A program made the position numbers and the translations under genes. The notes beneath the pieces are model-generated. The model made no database searches and was not told the origin of the DNA. It saw only the letters and a list, made by a program, of their open reading frames with translations. Positions 56,432 through 64,000 of a stretch of 64,000 bases of DNA are shown here, piece by piece. Source of the stretch: a virus (lineage: Duplodnaviria; Caudoviricetes); the IMG/VR virus record IMGVR_UViG_3300028601_000022, positions 64,001-128,000 of that record, one strand, 5' to 3'. Position 1 is the stretch's first letter. The number at the start of each line of letters is the position of its first letter.

Positions 56432-57883
56432 ATGGCAAAGAAAGCAACAAAGAAAAAGGCTCGCGAAGCTGCTGAAATGGACTTTGACTTTTCAGATGCT
56501 TTCGACAATGCAGAGCGGGCATCGAAGCTTACAGCCGTTGAGGTGTCGGAAAAAGTAGACCTTAATACGGTCATCCACTCCGGCTCCCTCGTTATGGACC
56601 TGGTTATGTACGGTGGCGGCCTGCAGGCTGGTCGTGTGTATGACCTTCACGGCCCTGAGTCCGGTGGTAAGACCACTCTTGGCAATATCATTCTCTGCCA
56701 GGCAATCAAATCCATACCGGGCCCTGCTAACAGAACGCGCGGCTACTACATTGACGCCGAAGGAACTCTTGACCGGATATGGTTCCGAAACATTGCACGT
56801 TCCTACGGCATCAAACTTTCTCTCCGCGAAATATTCGGCGAGAAGGACAAGGACGGCAACTGGATTACAAAGCCTGTTATACGTCTCCTTAAGCCCACGG
56901 TTGGCGATACGGCCCTGAAGACTGAAATTCGCGTTATGAACTCCATGCCTGACAAGGTATTCATGCGCGATATCTGGATGTATTCATGGACTCCAGTCGA
57001 AGCCAAGACTGCCAAGAAGACTGGCGGTGCTACGGACAAGCAACTCCGTGCAATGCTTACTGAGCGCGGCATTAAGTGGGATAAGGACCTCCTTTCTAAG
57101 ACAGGTTCTTACATGGTACCTGTTCCTGACAACTACGGTGGCCCTGAGCTTATCATATTTACAGACTCCATGATTGCCCTTACGCCGCGCCAGACGGCCG
57201 AGGATGACTCTTCTGCAATGGCGCAGCATGGCCGCATGTTCTCCAAATACATCAACAACATCAAGAGCCTGGCGGCTGCAAAAGGGGTGACGCTGGTAAA
57301 CGTCAACCAGTTGCGCAAGAATCCTGGTCAGATGTTTGGCGACCCCACTTACTCGCCGGGCGGCGAAGCAATCAAGTATGTTGCAGACTGCCGCAATATC
57401 GTTAGCCCCTGTGCAAACCCTGCAGGTGGCGGGCAGTATGAAGAGGACGGAAACAACAAGTATCGTTGGACGTCCTTCACCAACAAAAAGAACAAGCTCT
57501 CCACTCCCGGAACCAAGATTAAATTCCGCTGGTGGACCGAGCGCGACGGCAAGACTGGTTGCGGTCTCGACCCTGTGCATGACACCCTCGAGTACCTTGA
57601 ACTTACAGGGCAGCTTGTTACTAAGGGCCGCAAGGGATTCTATATAGTCCTGGCCAACCAGTGCAAGGCCAAAGCGGTTCTGGACAAGCTCATGCTTACT
57701 GTGGACTCCTTCAAAGACCTGGCTGTCGACGGTAGGACACTCATCGGTGAAGACACCCTCAAGTGCAATATTCGCCGCATATGCCGCGACCAGATAAAGT
57801 CCGGCCTCGCCTTCACTCTTTACACCGATTTCAAGAACAAGAAGTCCAAGGATGGGGTGCTTGAGGAGGACGAGGACGATTAA
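56432..57883 (+). CDS. recA: RecA/UvsX-like recombinase with insertion
   Basis: GPESGGKTT, YIDAEG, TDS, NQLR..PG.MFGDP..SPGGEAIKY, KNK. Confidence 0.88.
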   Translation: MAKKATKKKAREAAEMDFDFSDAFDNAERASKLTAVEVSEKVDLNTVIHSGSLVMDLVMYGGGLQAGRVYDLHGPESGGKTTLGNIILCQAIKSIPGPANRTRGYYIDAEGTLDRIWFRNIARSYGIKLSLREIFGEKDKDGNWITKPVIRLLKPTVGDTALKTEIRVMNSMPDKVFMRDIWMYSWTPVEAKTAKKTGGATDKQLRAMLTERGIKWDKDLLSKTGSYMVPVPDNYGGPELIIFTDSMIALTPRQTAEDDSSAMAQHGRMFSKYINNIKSLAAAKGVTLVNVNQLRKNPGQMFGDPTYSPGGEAIKYVADCRNIVSPCANPAGGGQYEEDGNNKYRWTSFTNKKNKLSTPGTKIKFRWWTERDGKTGCGLDPVHDTLEYLELTGQLVTKGRKGFYIVLANQCKAKAVLDKLMLTVDSFKDLAVDGRTLIGEDTLKCNIRRICRDQIKSGLAFTLYTDFKNKKSKDGVLEEDEDD

Positions 57884-57911
57884 GTCTTGCATAAAGACTT
57901 GGAGGACTAGC

Positions 57912-59798
57912 ATGAAGCTATCGGAAGTACGCCAGGCTATAAAGGACGGCAAGAATGCAGACCCAGCAACATTGGTACGCATCCTGAAAATAGCCAAGAA
58001 TGTCTACTACAACGACGGGGAGGGTCTTCCTCCCCGTGTGATAACTTGGTTTGAAACCAATGTAACAGACAGGGTGTTTGACGACCTGGAGAACACGCTG
58101 AAAGCAATTCAGCCAAATTCCAGTTATTTCTCGCCTAAGAACATCGGGGCCCCTATCAAGAACGCAAAAGCGCGAAAGGTGGAGTTGCCTGTCCCCATGG
58201 CCTCTTTGGATAAGCCTAAGCCTGGCTCAAAGGCTTTTGCCAAGTTTATCCTTAAGGGCCCGTTTGTGCTGTCTGCCAAAGTTGACGGTGTGTCCTTGCT
58301 TATTCTTACGAAAAGCAAGAAGCTGTATACCAGGGGCAACGGAACAGTGGGCCAGGACATATCCCATATGTGGGATGCGCTGCGTCTTCCGAAGAACCCT
58401 AAGGGAAACTACATTATCCGTGCGGAAATGATTATCTCGAAGGCTGCCTTTGAAAGTAATTTCAGCGGCAAGAAGAACGCCCGTAACACAATGTCTGGCT
58501 TGGTCAACAGCGGCTCCCTTGCAAAGGAGCTAAAGCACGTTGACGTTCTAGGCTATGCAGTGATAGGGAAGAAGCCTTCCGTGGCTTTTCCCCTCATTGA
58601 AAAACTGGGGTTCAAAACACCCTTCTGGAAAGTAGTGAACTCCCTTACGCTGGAAAAGGCCAATAAGTATCTGGTAAAGGTGAAAGCCGGAAGCCATGAG
58701 GCTGACGGCCTTGTTGTAGCAAAGGACGTGGTTGAACAGCCGTCTGAAAACAACCCCGTCAATACCATTGCATTCAAGAACAACGAGCTTGCAGAGGCCA
58801 AAGAATTTACCGTAAAGGAAGTTCTGTGGACTCCCAGTAAGCACGGCCTTTTGAAACCGGTGCTGCTTTTAAAACCGCAGGTTCTGGACGGGGTTACCAT
58901 TGGTCGAAGCACTGCGTTCAACGGGAGGTTTGTTTACAACAACAAACTTGGACCTGGTGCTAAGGTTGAGTTGGTAAGGTCTGGCGGTGTCATACCTGAT
59001 GTGCAGCGCGTGACCAAGCCAGCATCTGCCCCTCAGATGCCAGACGAGTATGAATGGTCTGGTGCTGACATTCGGCTGGTGGATGCAGCCAGTAACGACA
59101 CGGTTTCCATAAAGAAGATTGCCTACTTCTTTAAGTACCTCGGTGCTGAAGGAGTTTCAGGGAAATTTTTTAAAAAACTGTATGATGCTGGCTATACCAC
59201 ACTGCAGGACATTCTCTCTATAAGGAAGAAGGACTTGCTGGAACTTCCTGGCGTTAAGGACAAGACGGCAAGCTTGGTGTACCTGCAAATTCAGAAGACC
59301 AAGGAAGCCACCCTTGCAGACTATATGACTGCTAGCGGGTGCTTCCCCTCAACGGTTGCATCCACCCGCATCAACAAAATTCTTGATACGCACCCGGATA
59401 TACTGCGCTATTCGGCTGCTGAAATGAAGCGCCTAGTTTCTGCCCTGCCTGGGTTCTCTACCATAACCACAAAAGGCTTTGTAAGCGGTGCTACCCTGTT
59501 TAAGGATTGGGCAAAGAAACTCAAAGGGCTTATTCATATCAAGGAAAAGGTAAGAGCCAAGGCAAAGAGCACCAAGCTTAAGGCTATCCGTGCTGTACCT
59601 ACAGGTTTTCGCTTTGACGCTAGCCTCGTAAAATACCTCGAGGAAAACGGTGGGTCAGTACAAGGGAACATAAGCAAAGAAACTACCCATGTGGTAACAA
59701 AAGACTTGGGCAGTTCATCAGGAAAGATACGGAAGGCCAAGTCCCTTGGCCTGAAGGTTATGTCGTTGGATGCGTTTAAAAAAGCAATAGGTTTATAA
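57912..59798 (+). CDS. ligA: NAD-dependent DNA ligase
   Basis: YYN, KVDG, YTRGNG..GQDI, RAE, NARN, DGLV, IAFK, RSGGVIP, HhH, C-terminal BRCT. Confidence 0.92.
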   Translation: MKLSEVRQAIKDGKNADPATLVRILKIAKNVYYNDGEGLPPRVITWFETNVTDRVFDDLENTLKAIQPNSSYFSPKNIGAPIKNAKARKVELPVPMASLDKPKPGSKAFAKFILKGPFVLSAKVDGVSLLILTKSKKLYTRGNGTVGQDISHMWDALRLPKNPKGNYIIRAEMIISKAAFESNFSGKKNARNTMSGLVNSGSLAKELKHVDVLGYAVIGKKPSVAFPLIEKLGFKTPFWKVVNSLTLEKANKYLVKVKAGSHEADGLVVAKDVVEQPSENNPVNTIAFKNNELAEAKEFTVKEVLWTPSKHGLLKPVLLLKPQVLDGVTIGRSTAFNGRFVYNNKLGPGAKVELVRSGGVIPDVQRVTKPASAPQMPDEYEWSGADIRLVDAASNDTVSIKKIAYFFKYLGAEGVSGKFFKKLYDAGYTTLQDILSIRKKDLLELPGVKDKTASLVYLQIQKTKEATLADYMTASGCFPSTVASTRINKILDTHPDILRYSAAEMKRLVSALPGFSTITTKGFVSGATLFKDWAKKLKGLIHIKEKVRAKAKSTKLKAIRAVPTGFRFDASLVKYLEENGGSVQGNISKETTHVVTKDLGSSSGKIRKAKSLGLKVMSLDAFKKAIGL

Positions 59799-59824
59799 CA
59801 TCAACTCCTTAGGAGGAGCTACCC

Positions 59825-60412
59825 ATGGCGTCTGCAATGTCTATCACCGATATTTCCAAACAGGCCAAGCATGTTTATGTCATCAACCTTACCAAGTCCG
59901 ACCTGTCCATTACCGTGAAGGATGAGGACGGCGTTAGCCGCCTGCTGCGTTTCTTGCGTGCCAGCATTCCCCAGGACGCCGCTGAGGTACTCTCCGCGGC
60001 TATGCTCAAGAAGAATGCCCACTTCAAGCGTTCCATCGCGTCCGGCTATCTGCGCCTGGTTTCTGAAGAAGAAGCGGAAGCAATGCTTGCGCGCCCGGAA
60101 GCCAAAATCGAGCTGGCCGCTATCCGCAAAAAACTCTCGCGCATTCCTGCGGAACTGCTGGTTGAAGGGTCGGAACTGTCGCCACTGGAAGCGGTATCCG
60201 GCGGCGCTACTTCGGCCGCTATCCGCGAGGAACTCAAGGACATTGCGGTGAGCGAAGATGAATCTGCCGACGACAAGTTCGCCAGGCTCATTACGCTCAA
60301 CACCGAAGAAGCCTTGTCCAACGAGGAAATCAGCTGGCTTCTTTCGCGCCTCCCCACCAGCGGCAACGAATACAAGGAAATCATTGACTGGCTCCGCGAC
60401 AAAATCTCCTAG
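59825..60412 (+). CDS. hypothetical protein
   Basis: AGGAGG RBS, strong codon bias. Confidence 0.7.
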   Translation: MASAMSITDISKQAKHVYVINLTKSDLSITVKDEDGVSRLLRFLRASIPQDAAEVLSAAMLKKNAHFKRSIASGYLRLVSEEEAEAMLARPEAKIELAAIRKKLSRIPAELLVEGSELSPLEAVSGGATSAAIREELKDIAVSEDESADDKFARLITLNTEEALSNEEISWLLSRLPTSGNEYKEIIDWLRDKIS

Positions 60413-60423
60413 TAGTCCGCTCA

Positions 60424-60540
60424 CTCGGAAAGTGCGGAAATAGAGGCTCCTATGAGTACCCTGTGGTGTATCCTGGGGTGTCATAGGAGCCTCTTTTTGG
60501 GCTATTTTCAGCAATGCGTGTCAATATACGTCTTTTCTAG
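60424..60540 (+). repeat. copy 3 of dispersed structured intergenic element / terminator
   Basis: AGAGGCTCCTATGA-GTACCCTGTGGTGT...-TCATAGGAGCCTCTTTTTGGGCTATTTTCAGCAATGCGTGTCAATATACGTCTTTTCTA. Confidence 0.85.
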
Positions 60541-60645
60541 GTTGTTCATATAATTTCAATAGGTTATGTATTAAGCTGCCCTATAACCCTAAAATCCGTG
60601 TTTTCGTTCAATATTGAAATATAGGATACTAGCAGGAGAATTACT

Positions 60646-63600
60646 ATGCCTTGCAAGCACCAAGTTAAAGAATGCAAATGCTCCAATATCTCACTGGAGC
60701 TTAAGGGTTCTGCCCCTGTTGATATATTTTTCGTGACCGAGTTTCCTGGGCGTACCGAGTGCAAAGAGAAAAAGTTTCTGTCCGGTGCGCATGGGAAATT
60801 CTTTCGGGAGATACTGAAACGCCTTGTGGAAAAGACCAAGTTCACCTATGCAATATCTGGTGTTACTCGGTCTGAATCAAAGCCTAACATGCTTATGCAC
60901 TACAGTGCTGAGGTAAGGGCATGCCTTCCTAACCTTGAGGCCGAGATACGGAGGTGCAAACCAAAGGTCATCGTGGTTTTGGGTGACCTTCCCTACTCGG
61001 TCTTCTCCAAGAACAACGCACTTCCTAAGCACGGGTCGCGTGTTGAAGATGGCCTTCTCCAGCCGATGAATGTATTTGGTAAGACGCGGCCCGTTATGTA
61101 CTGCCAGCACACTACCTGGTATATGCACAATGATGAGTCCTGTGCTGTAGGCTTCCTCTATGAGAATATCCGCAAGGCCATCGACTTTGCCCAGCACGGT
61201 ATCAACCCCAACATTCCAAACAAGTTCAAAAGCGTAACGCTACGCAGCCTTAAGGACGTAAAAGCCTGCCTCAATGACATGGCTACTGTGGATGACTACA
61301 TATCGGTAGATACAGAAGGCTGCAATCTTTTGCGGGTATACGGAAACAAACTTCTTAGTGTTCAGCTATCCGGCGACGGCAAGACAGGATACCTCATTCC
61401 GTACCTGCACCGTGACTCTCCCTTCATAAACAAGATTGACCGCCTGCGGGAACTCTTTGTAAATTTCTTCTACGAAAGGGAAGTAAACACGCTGGGCTAC
61501 CTGTTTGTCAATGCCAAATATGACTACCATCAATTTTACAGGGAACTACGGAGATTCAGCTTCAACGCACCTGTGATAGACGCCTCCTTCGCACAGTATT
61601 CCCTTGATGAAAATTGGGTGCGGGTGCATTCTTTTCCGAAGCAGAAAGGTATGTATTCCCTATTCACCATGTCATACAAGCGCGGATTCAAGTTCTATTC
61701 CGATACCGACTCTAAAGAAAAGCGGTCTATTCTTGAAAAAATCCCCCTGTCTGAATGGGAAGAATATGCTGCGGCTGACGTTGTGGCCCCTTGGCACATA
61801 TTCAAAAAGCAATTGCAGGAAGCAACGCGAACTGGCTACCGCGAGGGCTTTCTGTACCTCAACAACATTTACGAAAACCACCTCGTGCGCTGTCTTACCT
61901 ATGCGGAGCACTGTGGCCTGTCAATGAATCCTGCCAAGGTGAAAGAACTTGTAAACTCGGACTCCGTTATATCCTCGGCTATCAAGGACATTATGAACCG
62001 GTTCTATGCACTACCCTCAGTGCAGGAAGCTAACGCTATTCTGTCAAAGGGCAAGACGGGTATGGCAACGGGACTTGCAGGCGCCGTGAGAACTTGGTCG
62101 CCGCAGTCTCCTAAGCACAGGGAACTTCTGTACTTTGACATACTAGGACTTGATCCTGTCAATGAAGAAGACGACGGGGATACTTCGCATACAGGTAAAG
62201 CGTTTCAGAAAAGTTACGCCGGTACCCCTGAGGTAGACCTGCTTACCGAGTATATGTCCTTCACCAAGATGATGTCCGGTTTCATCAACCCAATGGCTGA
62301 CTACCTTGATAAGAACAGTTCTAAGGGTAGCCCGGATATGTACATCGACAACAAAGCCCGGACTCACTTCTCTCCACTAGCCGTTACAGGACGCCTCCGT
62401 TCAGCTAACCCTAACTTGCAGCAGCGCCCTGCTGGCCGCTCCAAGGCAGCAAAGACCATTCTTAGCATGTATGAACCGAAGCCTGGTCGCGTTGTGGTAA
62501 AGCTTGACTACAAGACCTTCGAAGTTATGGGGTCAGGCTTTCTTTCAGGCGACAAGGTAATGATTAAGTCCTTCAGGGAAATGCACGCCTTGAAAGAACA
62601 GTTCCGTGCTAACCCTCGCAAGTTCATTGAAGATGGCTACGCGATGGTTAAGCAGGGATTGCGCGACATACGAAAAGGGCTTAAAAAGAAAAAGCAGGAG
62701 CTTATAGACTCCAAGGGAATAGCTGCGAAGGCCGACTACATCCTTGCAAAGGATTCCTTCAAAAAGGAACTTGCAAAGTACCGCGAGGAGCTTAAGGAGC
62801 TAGAAAACCTCAAGATTAACGACCCGATTGAACTTAGCCGCAAGTATGTAACCCTGCTTACGGACTCACACCGAAAGTTCGCGGCCCTTTTCTTTAAAAC
62901 GCCAGTAATGGAGATTACGAAAACCCAGCGGCAGTCTGCAAAGACGCTGGTCTTCGGTCTCCTTTACGGTATGTCGCTTGCATCCATTGCAAAGAGCCTC
63001 AAAATTACGGAAGACGAAGCCGTCAAGCTACACGAAACCTACATGAAGTCTTTCCCGTATGCAGCAAAGTGGCTTGAACAGTCTAAGAAGTTCGGCCAGA
63101 AGTACCTGTATGTTCAATCACCTCTTGGTCGCCGACGCCGCCTGTGGGGTCACCTGCGTCAGGACAAGGGTGTTGCTGGCAAGATGAACCGCTATGCAGG
63201 CAATACAGTTATTCAGGGCGTGTGTTCGGACAACAACATTATTGCAGGGTCATTGTGCGTCCAGGCAATGGAAGCGCATGAGAAAAACAAGTATGCCGTC
63301 CCTGACGAGGAGAGTTGGGAACTGACCAACTTGGTGCATGACTCCTGCGAATTTGAAATGCCCTTGGAAGATACCTACTACTTCATCAAGGAATTCGAAC
63401 CTATCTATACCGAATACCTTATGCTGTATCTGGAAAAGGTATTCGGATTCAAGATTGAGATTCCTCTTGAAGTTGACTTCACCGTAGGCACCAACTACGG
63501 TAACACCAGGGACTGGGACGGCTCAGAAGAAGACCTGCGCGCCTGCATGAAGTGGTTGTGTGAAGAAACTGCCAAAAGAGATAAAACTAAGGTAGTGAAC

Positions 63601-63735
63601 TACATGAAGCTGGTGAAAAGCCCGCTGTACAAAAAGTATCCGAAGGGCTTTGTTTTGAAGGTAGTTAAGAAGGCAATCAAGCGCGACAGGGCTCGCGCAG
63701 CACGCCTTGGTCTATACAAGAACAAGAATAAGTAG
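60646..63735 (+). CDS. polA: family A DNA polymerase with N-terminal uracil-DNA glycosylase-like domain
   Basis: EFPG..E, C...LEAEI...KPKVIVVLG; exonuclease DTE, NAKYD, YAAAD; TGRL..ANPNLQ; DY..FE; R..AK...FG..YG; VHDS. Confidence 0.92.
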   Translation: MPCKHQVKECKCSNISLELKGSAPVDIFFVTEFPGRTECKEKKFLSGAHGKFFREILKRLVEKTKFTYAISGVTRSESKPNMLMHYSAEVRACLPNLEAEIRRCKPKVIVVLGDLPYSVFSKNNALPKHGSRVEDGLLQPMNVFGKTRPVMYCQHTTWYMHNDESCAVGFLYENIRKAIDFAQHGINPNIPNKFKSVTLRSLKDVKACLNDMATVDDYISVDTEGCNLLRVYGNKLLSVQLSGDGKTGYLIPYLHRDSPFINKIDRLRELFVNFFYEREVNTLGYLFVNAKYDYHQFYRELRRFSFNAPVIDASFAQYSLDENWVRVHSFPKQKGMYSLFTMSYKRGFKFYSDTDSKEKRSILEKIPLSEWEEYAAADVVAPWHIFKKQLQEATRTGYREGFLYLNNIYENHLVRCLTYAEHCGLSMNPAKVKELVNSDSVISSAIKDIMNRFYALPSVQEANAILSKGKTGMATGLAGAVRTWSPQSPKHRELLYFDILGLDPVNEEDDGDTSHTGKAFQKSYAGTPEVDLLTEYMSFTKMMSGFINPMADYLDKNSSKGSPDMYIDNKARTHFSPLAVTGRLRSANPNLQQRPAGRSKAAKTILSMYEPKPGRVVVKLDYKTFEVMGSGFLSGDKVMIKSFREMHALKEQFRANPRKFIEDGYAMVKQGLRDIRKGLKKKKQELIDSKGIAAKADYILAKDSFKKELAKYREELKELENLKINDPIELSRKYVTLLTDSHRKFAALFFKTPVMEITKTQRQSAKTLVFGLLYGMSLASIAKSLKITEDEAVKLHETYMKSFPYAAKWLEQSKKFGQKYLYVQSPLGRRRRLWGHLRQDKGVAGKMNRYAGNTVIQGVCSDNNIIAGSLCVQAMEAHEKNKYAVPDEESWELTNLVHDSCEFEMPLEDTYYFIKEFEPIYTEYLMLYLEKVFGFKIEIPLEVDFTVGTNYGNTRDWDGSEEDLRACMKWLCEETAKRDKTKVVNYMKLVKSPLYKKYPKGFVLKVVKKAIKRDRARAARLGLYKNKNK

Positions 63736-63744
63736 GAGGGAATC

Positions 63745-64000
63745 ATGGCGAAGAAAGAAACCGAATCAGTATCCCTTGTGGATGCTATTGCTGTTAAGTA
63801 CCGCCCGCGAACTTTTTCGGATATTGTGGGCAATGAAAAGAACATGGACATTATCCGTGGCTATTTTGCCCGAAGAAAGCTCGTAAAGTCCTGGGGCATG
63901 TTTGGCCCAAGCGGCTCGGGTAAAAGCACCACAGCCCGCATTCTTGCAATGGCTGCAAACTGCCAGAACCTGAGTGATAACGGCGACCCCTGCCTCGAAT
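63745..64000 (+). CDS. dnaX: clamp loader gamma/tau subunit, partial
   Basis: AGGAGG RBS; KYRPRTFSDIVG, GPSGSGKST.ARILA...NC...DPC. Confidence 0.88.
   Translation, partial: MAKKETESVSLVDAIAVKYRPRTFSDIVGNEKNMDIIRGYFARRKLVKSWGMFGPSGSGKSTTARILAMAANCQNLSDNGDPCLE

Noticed and set aside
62570-62860. Intein or intron in the polymerase (and the RecA insertion)
   Set aside because: No C/S...HN splice junctions or homing endonuclease motifs; frames are continuous
1-64000. Stop-codon reassignment (many genes end in TAG)
   Set aside because: Conserved proteins are full length under the standard code, and TAG stops are followed directly by new RBS/starts
1-64000. tRNA/rRNA genes, integrase, transposase, reverse transcriptase/DGR
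   Set aside because: None recognised by eye; tRNAscan-SE and HMM searches would be needed to exclude them formally

Overview
This 64 kb window is a gene-dense segment of a large, myovirus-like tailed dsDNA phage of a Gram-negative host (it has a two-component spanin and a GH108 endolysin) and uses the standard genetic code. 1-25.6 kb (minus strand) holds neck/head-tail proteins, a histone-H1-like protein, the lysis cassette, terminase, a beta-clamp, a tail chaperone and an unusual enzyme cluster. That cluster comprises APS kinase, four paralogous divergent radical SAM enzymes, a NodU/TobZ-family carbamoyltransferase and a protein ending in a (Cys-Ser7-8) repeat tail. 26-37.4 kb and 43.6-64 kb (plus strand) hold replication, recombination and nucleotide genes: RuvC-like, SF2 helicase, ThyX, DnaB-like, primase, Cas4-like nuclease, SSB, RecA, NAD ligase, UDG-fused PolA and DnaX. 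They also carry modification genes: a fifth radical SAM paralog, a DpdL-like T-fold protein, a glycosyltransferase, a sulfotransferase and a TGT/DpdA-like enzyme. 37.5-43.6 kb is an oppositely oriented baseplate/tail-lysin block. The best candidate for a new system is a phage-encoded, RiPP-like multi-radical-SAM/carbamoyltransferase machinery acting on the Cys/Ser-repeat protein. Other leads are a PAPS-supply plus sulfotransferase pair, 7-deazaguanine DNA modification, a three-copy covarying structured intergenic element, a recurrent CGTTTAA promoter-like motif and a candidate +1 frameshift. All functional calls rest on motifs recognised by eye; no database searches were run.
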